Positions 42,001 to 50,046 of a DNA stretch of 64,000 bases are shown one piece after another (positions within the stretch are counted from its first letter, which is position 1; every line of letters starts with the position of its first letter). Source of the stretch: a virus. Under the pieces are notes generated by a model. That model made no database searches, was not told where the DNA came from, and worked only from the letters and a program-made list of their open reading frames with translations. A program made the position numbers and the translations under genes. The stretch lies in the UHGV virus genome UHGV-1364187; one strand, written 5' to 3'.

Positions 42001-42207
42001 CTAGATAATATACCAATTACATCAGACTTTAATAATCTTAGAGTAGTATGTAATTTTAAAAATAGTGAAGAATTTGTTAAATTTGAAGATGGTATATTCT
42101 TAGAAGAACATGAATTTTCTAATAGAAATATAGAATCTATCATCATAGATCCATCTGTTATTACAGGAGTTAAACTTCCATATGGAAGTGAATTTGATAA
42201 AGAATAA
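39022..42207 (+). CDS. large PA14-domain protein (carbohydrate-binding/structural)
   Basis: FAIELEGCFWVEKEDIYNIVLLSNAGSRLYIDDQLM...GYHNIKIDYVNNVEHPLLQLAWKG fits the PA14 consensus. RBS GGAGGAGG. Confidence 0.5.
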   Translation: MKVFDLMSKLHKSTDSALMETQLGHIPLVYELQKEKFPSNIKYRHELRDSNSYRVLKQDFVRTGLDDSKFMNANDLYKNGKVRKIICVDQNGYKVNDSTINIIIDERTFFINSTDPYAELKYCIVFMEDIVYDKSSVIFGITNGMFVGGIGTNECISSKNLFMEAVFTTDGLIEPKQLNARYKVFKENIYVVKNGKFLSHDVTHVYGNVFKINDFTDTDNWFVYIIYYKDEECIDNVNKLESKIRILDGMFQELPNYIEKMSDDFDYRIDPNKSYKENLHDILNYISNYNHEGLLQLYLENKTSIIEEYTGKYMISLTKPGDICAYLPRRRNGKQYNYIIMYVNGLLYKYHDEIEYNITNIKIPLKEINHEDEILIQFFLDCGNNTYNTTFTKGATNTINFRYITTNPANIELYSPEFEGKHLYDLPVDDTRPLKVDYEYTMNGKDMEVELENPYLYGKELAIVNKRQFRHQKMQIPIKYRNKLRYKAYSISTILSTYRNNIPNNIDEFNALFSNMTATLESIIDIPNELNFIGVDEFPPEYSTDTFAIELEGCFWVEKEDIYNIVLLSNAGSRLYIDDQLMTVDINGRFNVGDVDNGPNRCNILLDRGYHNIKIDYVNNVEHPLLQLAWKGSTEQYYSMMNGDFLYQELPDYYILKLNETDFKYCLNFGHFIMFNDGRRLYDNEAYVKLHGIDQVYDQSYIIISKPIPEGDFIDIFYVPDIILEVYREDRLPEDGYITVDKDNMLNTNHPELCNVYVNGKLINPKHMINLNTNTMKIKSNIHTKSSVCVLKTNMYDGYTDAIFEYSNDVWTEVTNGMSLEVKNKYLGDYEDIIDEEPDYFKPPCVDLIWAIIKKFWIDRFGVIDAEMLFQYNDDPRVLRKTKFLHDYIESTDYEDNSNIEYKLYDQDYHKYHKFICKSPTALKFGKHENLDPNKKYSISMSVSLYLNLSQPTDRFYCELYGSGGTKQIPLCYNQETSLDISQVPKVYMLRLYLDNIPITSDFNNLRVVCNFKNSEEFVKFEDGIFLEEHEFSNRNIESIIIDPSVITGVKLPYGSEFDKE

Positions 42208-42250
42208 AAAATAAAAAGAAAGATAGGTACTAACCTATCTTTCTTTTATT
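42208..42250. terminator. bidirectional terminator between convergent genes
   Basis: A-run, then stem aagaaagataggt/acctatctttctt, then a T-run. Confidence 0.55.
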
Positions 42251-42604
42251 ATATTCTTCTCTAACATCAATCATCTTTTGACCTCTATACCGTCCGACGA
42301 TTAATTCTCTCTTAGCGATCCATTCATCACCTGCAATTTGCATATACTTTTCTAAAATGACGCATGTATATTTAGTCTTATTAATATTAACAACAATATC
42401 AAGTGTCTCATCACATTTACCATCTTTATAACTACAATTATTACATAATATTTTCTCTTCTTTAGATTCTTTAATATCACCTAATGAACCATCTGATACA
42501 TACAATTTATAATATAAACCTCTTGGTTCTCTATCCTTTAGTTCTAAATTAATATTATTACATCTTCCTTTTAATGTGAATTTCATTTCTTTTGATTTTA
42601 CCAT
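42230..42604 (-). CDS. hypothetical Cys-rich protein
   Basis: 124-aa ORF with RBS AAGGAGGAG. Confidence 0.45.
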   Translation of the reverse strand: MVKSKEMKFTLKGRCNNINLELKDREPRGLYYKLYVSDGSLGDIKESKEEKILCNNCSYKDGKCDETLDIVVNINKTKYTCVILEKYMQIAGDEWIAKRELIVGRYRGQKMIDVREEYNKRKIG

Positions 42605-42663
42605 AATAAATACTCCTCCTTAAAATAAATAGAGAATACTCTTAAGAGTATTCTCTATATGTA

Positions 42664-43185
42664 TTATAATAATTCTTTTAATTCTTCTGTAATTGGTATT
42701 ACATCTTGTTGCAATTTACCATATTCATTATAATATTGAATTATAATAGACTTTTCTGTTAATGCTACCCCTGATAATTTCTCATTTTTTAGAATAAAAC
42801 CTATACTATACCCACTTTGTGTTTTTATAATATTTTTATAAGTGGGATGTTCACTATCACTCATTATATAATCTTTAATCTCTCTAAACAATGGTAATAC
42901 TTTAAAGTTTCTCACTTTATAAGTAGCAAGTTTCTTCAGGTTTTTTACAGCTTCTTTCTTTGTATCAGCCCATATACGAGTTTTATTTTTAAACCATTTT
43001 CCTACATATGGTTCATATTCCTCATATATTATAGTATAATAATGCTCATTTCCAGTAACATAGGGTCCTTCTAAATACTCACTTCTACAAGCTAATGAAT
43101 TAGGTCTCATATACATACAATCTTCGCCACTAACTTCGCATTCAGCATGAGACATATCATATCGTTTTGCCCATTTACAACTCAT
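42664..43185 (-). CDS. hypothetical protein; C-terminus DVIPITEELKELL carries the shared motif
   Basis: 173-aa ORF with RBS AAGGAGG. Confidence 0.5.
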   Translation of the reverse strand: MSCKWAKRYDMSHAECEVSGEDCMYMRPNSLACRSEYLEGPYVTGNEHYYTIIYEEYEPYVGKWFKNKTRIWADTKKEAVKNLKKLATYKVRNFKVLPLFREIKDYIMSDSEHPTYKNIIKTQSGYSIGFILKNEKLSGVALTEKSIIIQYYNEYGKLQQDVIPITEELKELL

Positions 43186-43261
43186 TTTAAATAACCTCCT
43201 TGAATTAATTATTTAGATGAAAAATATAACACTAGGTTTTTACCATAGTGTTATATCTATA

Positions 43262-43474
43262 TTAATGCATCACAAACATAACCGTTCCGACAATAGCAGT
43301 TATGATTGCAAATATTAATGATTTATCTACAAATTTTCGTGTCTTTATTAAATTATCGACGTCAACATTTTCCCCATTGATGCTACTACGAATTATACTT
43401 AATGCTAATCTAGAATTACTAAGCATTGCAGATGCGATTATCATTAATGCCATCCCATAAATATTACTCATCAT
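43262..43474 (-). CDS. small two-TM membrane protein (holin-like)
   Basis: Two hydrophobic segments (GMALMIIASAML and LIFAIITAIVGTVMFV). Start at the ATG after GAGGGAG. Confidence 0.4.
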   Translation of the reverse strand: MMSNIYGMALMIIASAMLSNSRLALSIIRSSINGENVDVDNLIKTRKFVDKSLIFAIITAIVGTVMFVMH

Positions 43475-43584
43475 AAATAACCAACTCCCTCTCATTTTTA
43501 AATTATTTTAATTTAGAATATAGTTGTCTTGCTAATTTGTAACTATTATTTTTTTTACTGATTCGAATGATGTTGATTCTTCTA

Positions 43585-43833
43585 TCATGCTAGATAGATA
43601 AATGCAATAACTTCACGTTTAGCAATATTCATATTATGACCATGAGATCTAACAATATTTCTAAGTTGAAGTGTAAGTTTTAGTGTTGTACCTCTTGCAA
43701 TAATAGAATCATGTTTCATTAATTTAGATTCTACTCTTGCCTCTTCAGCATCACGTAATGATGTGCTTGCCATTACTTTGGTATCATCAATCCTTCTAGT
43801 ATCATAGACAATTTTCATTAATTCTAATCCCAT
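43585..43833 (-). CDS. hypothetical protein; the ORF stays open upstream to about 43980 with no canonical start codon
   Basis: An in-frame, protein-like extension reaches a strong AAAGGAG at about 43995. Only ATT/ATA triplets sit at the appropriate spacing there. Confidence 0.35.
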   Translation of the reverse strand: MGLELMKIVYDTRRIDDTKVMASTSLRDAEEARVESKLMKHDSIIARGTTLKLTLQLRNIVRSHGHNMNIAKREVIAFIYLA

Positions 43834-44060
43834 TCCAGTAATAATGTCTTCATTCTTTGCAATGAAACCTTTTAATTCATTATGAAGTTGGACGAATTTT
43901 TCTTCATATTGTTCTTCTGTGAATTCTTTTCTAGTTGATTGTTCTGCTGCTACACCTGATAATAATTTTGCTACTGTTTTTATAATTAAACAACTCCTTT
44001 AATATATAATATAGTTTTTATTTGAGTATAATACATATTATTTATACTATACTCACCTAA

Positions 44061-44080
44061 ATAATATATAATTGAAAATT
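44061..44080 (-). promoter_or_regulatory. conserved early-promoter element
   Basis: Minus-strand AATTTTCAATTATATATTAT upstream of the 43980/43833 gene. Confidence 0.4.
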
Positions 44081-44090
44081 TAGACCTTTA

Positions 44091-44134
44091 CAAAAAATAT
44101 AGATAGAGAGATACATATCTCTCTATCTTTTTAT
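44091..44134 (-). terminator. AGAGAG-core hairpin terminator
   Basis: Stem agatagagagat/atctctctatct with loop acat, flanked by A- and T-runs. Confidence 0.55.
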
Positions 44135-44610
44135 ACATGTAATCCTAATCCTCCGCATACAGCATCAGTAGACATTACTACTAATAATGATATATTAGTT
44201 TTATCTGTCAAAGTATCAACATCTAATGAATATTCTGTTTCATTTGTATATATACCTTTGCAAAAAGTACCTTCATATTCTATTACATTGATTTTAAATT
44301 TTTCATCTATATCATTATACTTAAATGATTTACTATATAATATTTTAGTACCATCATTTAATACAATAAGATTATATGATGTAGTTGTTGTAGTACTACT
44401 ATCAGTAACATTACATGTTACTGAGTATATTGTATTATCCGATAATGTAATAGAAGATATATCTACTTCTATTGGTGTTGAACTCGAAATTGTTCCAGTA
44501 TATACACTAGTACTATCTACAATAATATTTATATTCATACTAGTAGAATCATCAGATGTAACAGATAGTGTATTATTTTCTATAATGCCAGGTGTAATAA
44601 AACATGACAT
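44131..44610 (-). CDS. hypothetical Ser/Thr-rich beta-type protein
   Basis: 159-aa ORF with RBS AAGAGGTG. Terminator directly downstream. Confidence 0.45.
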   Translation of the reverse strand: MSCFITPGIIENNTLSVTSDDSTSMNINIIVDSTSVYTGTISSSTPIEVDISSITLSDNTIYSVTCNVTDSSTTTTTSYNLIVLNDGTKILYSKSFKYNDIDEKFKINVIEYEGTFCKGIYTNETEYSLDVDTLTDKTNISLLVVMSTDAVCGGLGLHV

Positions 44611-44677
44611 ATTTAATCACCTCTTTTTTAAATTTAATATAATAGAGAGATATATCTCTCTATTATATTTTTGTTAA

Positions 44678-45388
44678 TTAAGATTTAAATGGTGCTAATT
44701 GAGCAGAATACATAGTTTTGAATGTTGTAGATGTATCTAAGTCTGCTACTTTCTTAGCGATATGATAGAATGCCATAGTATTTAAACTATCTTCTAATTC
44801 TTCGGCATGAGCATCCAATAAAGCAACTGTAAGTTGACCTGATACTGCTAAAGATGGCACATGTAATCTATCTAGATATTTTTCGATGAATCCAACAGAA
44901 AGAATTTGATATGTTGATACTGTTTCATAATCAATATAATCGATTAATTCTTCCATAAGATCTTCACCTAAGATTTGATATTTGCATACAATATCAAAAT
45001 CTAATTCATCTTTCATTTCTCTAATGATTTCTGGATCTAATACTTGGAATCTTGCAACAAGATTAAGATCTAAGAAATTCTTAAAGTTTCTCATTAGATA
45101 AGAATCTAATTTTTGATATTTACAGATACATTGCCAATCTAATTTGTCTTTGTATCTATCGATATCACTTGTTGATAATACTTGATATTTTGATACTAGT
45201 CTATATGTAGTAGCTTTGAATTCTTCTGTATATTCATTAGCTGGATTTTCTAAAGTATCAAAAATAACTTTGATATCATCGGCATCCATCTCGAATCTAG
45301 AGAAGACATCAACACGTTCATCTACAGGAGTAGATGATTTTAAAACATGATTAATAAGATCATTATTAGCTTTAATTTTAGTAATCAT
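44678..45388 (-). CDS. repeat protein with five ~21-aa [CS]KYQ(V/I)L...D.LD units
   Basis: Units start SKYQVLSTSD, CKYQKLDSYL, ARFQVLDPEI, CKYQILGEDL and STYQILSVGF. RBS AAAGGAGG. Confidence 0.5.
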   Translation of the reverse strand: MITKIKANNDLINHVLKSSTPVDERVDVFSRFEMDADDIKVIFDTLENPANEYTEEFKATTYRLVSKYQVLSTSDIDRYKDKLDWQCICKYQKLDSYLMRNFKNFLDLNLVARFQVLDPEIIREMKDELDFDIVCKYQILGEDLMEELIDYIDYETVSTYQILSVGFIEKYLDRLHVPSLAVSGQLTVALLDAHAEELEDSLNTMAFYHIAKKVADLDTSTTFKTMYSAQLAPFKS

Positions 45389-45453
45389 TAGACTACCTCC
45401 TTTAAAATAGATTACTTATAAGTTAAAAAATAAAGAGTAGTATATCCTACTCT

Positions 45454-45810
45454 TTAATTAAAATAATCTTCTAACCATTGAACTTCTTCATCAGTCAATA
45501 ATGATAGATCTGAATTTAGAATATTATTATAATTTGTTCTACATGCATCATAAATACGTTGAATTAGATTTAATCTTTTACAATATAAAATCTTTGGTTT
45601 TGCATATTCTACAAAATACTGATGATCTGGAATAGTTTCAAGAACTTCAATGTTTACTTTATCAATTTCTATATTATTGATATTTTCTACAATTGAACAA
45701 TTTATAAGAATATCATGATCTGGATAATACTCTTTTAAGAACTCTTTTATATCATCAGTAAATTCTTTAACAATAAATACGTTACTGTTAAATACTATAT
45801 CTGTAAACAT
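45454..45810 (-). CDS. hypothetical protein
   Basis: 118-aa ORF. A 58-codon ORF from 46030 is in the same frame upstream, separated by a single TAA at 45847-45849. Confidence 0.45.
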   Translation of the reverse strand: MFTDIVFNSNVFIVKEFTDDIKEFLKEYYPDHDILINCSIVENINNIEIDKVNIEVLETIPDHQYFVEYAKPKILYCKRLNLIQRIYDACRTNYNNILNSDLSLLTDEEVQWLEDYFN

Positions 45811-46235
45811 TAATACATTAACATATTTTATTCCGTTATCAACAGTAAATTTTTACACTTGAATAAAGATATTGTCATTATGACCGCTTGATAATTTATA
45901 TGTTGATATTACTGATGGAATTTGTAAAGATAATGATAGTGAGAAATTATAAAGTACATTTGGTAGTGGATCTTCTCCAATCTTAAATAATCCTCGTTGT
46001 GTTGCATCGTATAAAGTTTCTTTTTTCATATTTATATCTCTTTTTTATTTATAAAATTTATATATAGAGTAGATTATAATCTACTCTATATATTTATATA
46101 TAATGGATAATAATAAGTAAAGTTTAATCTATATATGTTATAGTATAGATTTCTCCTTTCTTATCTATCTTTTAAGGGTTCTTAGTCAACGCCTTTAAAA
46201 GCCCCTTACTTTCTTGTTAGAAGTTTAATAAAACT

Positions 46236-47408
46236 TTACAATCTTGTCTTAAGAACTTCTAAAATCTTAAATTGTAAAGTTGATGGATTAATTAATTCAT
46301 CACCTCTCATATTTACAACATTATCAATATTTACTCCATAATTATTACACATACCAGATGCAGTTTCTTTATTAATCTTACCAATTTCAATATGGTAATC
46401 AAATCTACCATTTCTAAGTATAGCATCATCTAATTTATCTTTATAATTAGTAGTACCAATAAAGATACAATTATTTGGAGAGTTAATACCATCTAATACA
46501 TTAAGAAGATCACCAATTGTATCATATTTCATACTCTTCATATAATTATCAAATGGATTATATTGTTTATCTTTCTTATTATCATCTTTATCAGATCTTG
46601 TTCCTGTAGAACAATCTATATCTTCAAACAATATTACAGAATTAGTCATTCTTGAAATATTATTTATAAGATTATCATTAATATAATTAACTTTTATAAT
46701 TACTAATCTATATCCCATATAACTAGCAATAGCCTTAGCAAATGATGATTTACCAGTTCCAGGTTCTCCATATAATAGAATACCTATATTATGTTTTATT
46801 TGATGCTTTTTATAGATAAAGTCATCTTTCTTAAACTTCTCAAGTATATCTATAATCTGTTCTTTTTTGTCTGAGAATATATTATTCATTGAATATTTAT
46901 CATATTCATATTGATAAAAACTACCATTTTCTGAATATTGTCTAACATCTAATTTATTTACACTTTCTCCTCCTTTGTTTATATAATTAGTAATATATTC
47001 AAATTCTTGCTTCGCATTGACTCCACATATAGAAATATTTATTATATGATTACGAGAATCAGAAGCATCAAATGGAATATTACTAATTGTATATAAACAC
47101 TTATTATGCCATCCAGTGAAATGTAGATTAGAAGGTATATTATTGTCACTTGATGTTGATTTACTTTCATCTAAATATCTATTTGGTTTATAAAATTTAT
47201 TTAAATTTGGAAATAATTCATGCAAGACTTTACATGTATTGTTATAAGGTTCTAACCAAAACATATCATCAACTTGTATCTTATAACATATCTTTTGTTC
47301 AATTGATTTCTTCACTAATGGTGTAACTGTTCTTACAACACTATTTCCTAAGTTTGTTAATCCTGCTACTGCTGCTAATTTCATTAATTGTTTAACTTCT
47401 TTATTCAT
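46236..47408 (-). CDS. BCS1-like classic-clade AAA+ ATPase
   Basis: GILLYGEPGTGKSS, ILFEDIDC, NCIFIGTTNYKDKLDDAILRNGRFDYHIEIG. RBS AAGGAG. Confidence 0.7.
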   Translation of the reverse strand: MNKEVKQLMKLAAVAGLTNLGNSVVRTVTPLVKKSIEQKICYKIQVDDMFWLEPYNNTCKVLHELFPNLNKFYKPNRYLDESKSTSSDNNIPSNLHFTGWHNKCLYTISNIPFDASDSRNHIINISICGVNAKQEFEYITNYINKGGESVNKLDVRQYSENGSFYQYEYDKYSMNNIFSDKKEQIIDILEKFKKDDFIYKKHQIKHNIGILLYGEPGTGKSSFAKAIASYMGYRLVIIKVNYINDNLINNISRMTNSVILFEDIDCSTGTRSDKDDNKKDKQYNPFDNYMKSMKYDTIGDLLNVLDGINSPNNCIFIGTTNYKDKLDDAILRNGRFDYHIEIGKINKETASGMCNNYGVNIDNVVNMRGDELINPSTLQFKILEVLKTRL

Positions 47409-47462
47409 AATCTATAATCTCCTTATAATTAATTATTTTTATTATCAAAAAATGTGAATTTA

Positions 47463-47609
47463 CACCAAGTGATAAAACTTATTGTAACAGCTATCAATAT
47501 AATGATTCCTGGAATACTATCTTGTCAAACTTGACGTAATACTTGTACTGCTATAAAGTATAATATTGTCATACCGAAATTTAATAAAATTCTATTTTCT
47601 GTTTTCATA
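47463..47609 (-). CDS. small hydrophobic ORF with an in-frame TGA (27 aa, or 58 aa if read through)
   Basis: MKTENRILLNFGMTILYFIAVQVLRQV-TGA-QDSIPGIIILIAVTISFITWCKFTFFDNKNN. Both halves are helix-like hydrophobic. Confidence 0.3.
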
Positions 47610-47622
47610 TACAATCCATACT

Positions 47623-48498
47623 TTAATTTCTTTCACATAATAATTTTAATTGTAATTCACTTTGATTATATGGTGCTTCCATATCTTTAAGAATCTTATC
47701 TGGATCGGCACCAAAATATCTACACATATTTTCTGCAACTTCTCTATTATGTATTGGTTTAACTTCAAAGATCATATCAAATCTACCACTACGTAATAAA
47801 GCTTCATCTAATTTTTCTATATGATTCGTAGTAGCAATAAACATAACTTCTTCTTGAGAGTTAATACCATCCATTACATTTAACAATCCAGCGATATTAT
47901 TTTTATCTTCTACAACTTCCCCATTATCATTAACATTATTAGTTTTCTTATCTAAATATCTATCTATATCTTCAAATACATATATTGTTTCTTCGTATTT
48001 TGGGAGAGTTTTTAATTTAAATGGATCATTTACAGTAATAATACGTCTATTTGTATAATATGCTATAGCTTTGATAAGACTAGTTTTTCCTGTACCTGGT
48101 TCGCCATATAATAAAACTCCAGTCTTATGTATAATATGTTTTTCTTTATAAAAATCTGTATTTGAATTAAATTTGTCTATAAATTTAATAAGTGGTGATA
48201 TATCATCAAAGAATAATTCATCTAAAGATTTACAATATACACGATTAATTAAACCGTTTATAGTATTTGTATTACTATCAAATTCTTGAACATATACAGA
48301 ATTTGGTCTTGATTTAATAGGTGGATGATATTCATCAATTTCTTTAAAAATTTCCAATTTATTATGTCCTATAATATAAAACTTACACGTATTAAAATTT
48401 TTCATTACCTTATTGTCAGTACCTATAGTTTTGAATTCACTTTTTATATCAAATATAATATATGATGATTTATATATACATATATGAATACCGCTCAC
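47623..48498 (-). CDS. BCS1-like classic-clade AAA+ ATPase, paralog 2
   Basis: GVLLYGEPGTGKTS, VFEDIDRY, VMFIATTNHIEKLDEALLRSGRFDMIFEV. The apparent start is a GTG. A consensus sigma-A promoter lies upstream. Confidence 0.65.
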   Translation of the reverse strand: MSGIHICIYKSSYIIFDIKSEFKTIGTDNKVMKNFNTCKFYIIGHNKLEIFKEIDEYHPPIKSRPNSVYVQEFDSNTNTINGLINRVYCKSLDELFFDDISPLIKFIDKFNSNTDFYKEKHIIHKTGVLLYGEPGTGKTSLIKAIAYYTNRRIITVNDPFKLKTLPKYEETIYVFEDIDRYLDKKTNNVNDNGEVVEDKNNIAGLLNVMDGINSQEEVMFIATTNHIEKLDEALLRSGRFDMIFEVKPIHNREVAENMCRYFGADPDKILKDMEAPYNQSELQLKLLCERN

Positions 48499-48556
48499 TA
48501 TATTATTTATACATTGTATTTTTTATCGTATATAAACCCAACTTTTTCTAAATTAT

Positions 48557-48588
48557 TCTTTGTATTATTTATACACCATATGATATAT
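48557..48588 (-). promoter_or_regulatory. consensus sigma-A-type promoter
   Basis: Minus-strand reading TTGACA-gatatatcatatggtg-TATAAAT. Confidence 0.5.
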
Positions 48589-48780
48589 CTGTCAAGTTTA
48601 CATCCTGCTATATTACAAGTAATTAGATATTTGGATTTAATAAGATTCAATGATTTTTTTACTTAACGTTTTTATTAAATGCTTACATGTTTCTTTAGTT
48701 AAATCCTTAGCTACTGATTTGATTAAAGTGCTTTTCTTTTTCATAATAGAATCTCTCCTTTAAAATATATTATACTATTT

Positions 48781-48810
48781 TCATATTTATAATATATAAT
48801 TGAAAAATAT
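48781..48810 (-). promoter_or_regulatory. conserved early-promoter element
   Basis: Minus-strand ATATTTTTCAATTATATATTATAAATATGA upstream of the small ORF at 48741 and the AAA operon. Confidence 0.45.
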
Positions 48811-48841
48811 ATTAGAAGAGTAAAAATACTCTTCTAATATA

Positions 48842-50026
48842 TTATAATTGTTTAAATGATCCTTCTTGAATATATCCACGTATATCTTTATATTTACATG
48901 CGTATACAGAAATACCATTTATAATTTGTTTCTTAGTAGATGTAAGGATAGTATCTCCTTTTTTACCAGTACATAAAATTTTAAGATCTTTATCTCTTAT
49001 ATTAGCACTGTTTACTAATACAGCATTATATCTTTCATCTATTCTTTCTACATATTGAGCATATACCCAACCTCTATCAGTTTTATACCATCCACCTTTT
49101 TCTTCTAAAAGACTAATAACTTCACCATTTTTATATGTTCCTACAATGGTAGCGTTTGTTGAAGGTGTTTGTCTTATATTTAAAGATGGTGCGGCTATAA
49201 CTTTACCTGTTGCACCTGTGATATTTAATGATGTTGAATTGTTAGTATTAGAATCATTCATTATATCTAAAGCTATATCTTTAGAATACTTAGAACTAGA
49301 AGACATGAATCCAGATACATTATCAACTTTAACTCTATACCACCCATCAACAGTTTCGTATACATTTAATTCTGTTCCTGTTGGTAAAGATTTAATGACA
49401 TCATATACTTGATTAGGTCCTTTTCTTATATTCATATTATCTATCAATTTTATTCTCTTATCGATAGAATCTTCTAATGCTACGTTTCTTCCATTCATCA
49501 TATCTTGATATAAATCTTGAACTTTTAATTTAAACTCTTTCCAAGCATTTATATCAGATATATAAAATGCTGGGCAATTCTTTCCAGTAATATCATAATG
49601 TCTATATACATCATTAATTGTAAGGTGATATTTCTTTAGAAGATATGCAGTTAACCAAGCAGTGTTTTCCATAACCTTACTAAAGTTTGAATCTTTATTA
49701 ACACACATCTCTATTGAAATTGTAGTATAGTTTGGTTGTAATCCATTATGAAATAATTTCTTTCCAGTAGCAGTATATGATTTAGCTCCTACTGACCATG
49801 CTACTTCATTATCTGGAATTGCTTGTAATATGATTGTATCATCTACTAAATACTGTGTACTTGCATAAGTCGTAGTAGTTTCGTAATAATTCCTATTAGC
49901 TCTAGCATTAGCACGATTACCATAATTAGCTGTGTAATGAATTACTATACCTTTTCTTATAGTGCATTTAGTCATAGGTCTATTCCTAGTACTTGTTAAT
50001 AAATCTTGTGTTATTGTTGTTACCAT
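48842..50026 (-). CDS. amidase_2/PGRP N-acetylmuramoyl-L-alanine amidase endolysin with two SH3b-like domains
   Basis: GIVIHYTAN...AWSVGAK...ISIEMC matches the Amidase_2 pattern. C-terminal GTELNVYETVDGWYRV and GEVISLLEEKGGWYKT look like SH3b repeats. RBS AAAAAGGAG. Confidence 0.75.
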   Translation of the reverse strand: MVTTITQDLLTSTRNRPMTKCTIRKGIVIHYTANYGNRANARANRNYYETTTTYASTQYLVDDTIILQAIPDNEVAWSVGAKSYTATGKKLFHNGLQPNYTTISIEMCVNKDSNFSKVMENTAWLTAYLLKKYHLTINDVYRHYDITGKNCPAFYISDINAWKEFKLKVQDLYQDMMNGRNVALEDSIDKRIKLIDNMNIRKGPNQVYDVIKSLPTGTELNVYETVDGWYRVKVDNVSGFMSSSSKYSKDIALDIMNDSNTNNSTSLNITGATGKVIAAPSLNIRQTPSTNATIVGTYKNGEVISLLEEKGGWYKTDRGWVYAQYVERIDERYNAVLVNSANIRDKDLKILCTGKKGDTILTSTKKQIINGISVYACKYKDIRGYIQEGSFKQL

Positions 50027-50046
50027 AATTAATCAACTCCTTTTTA

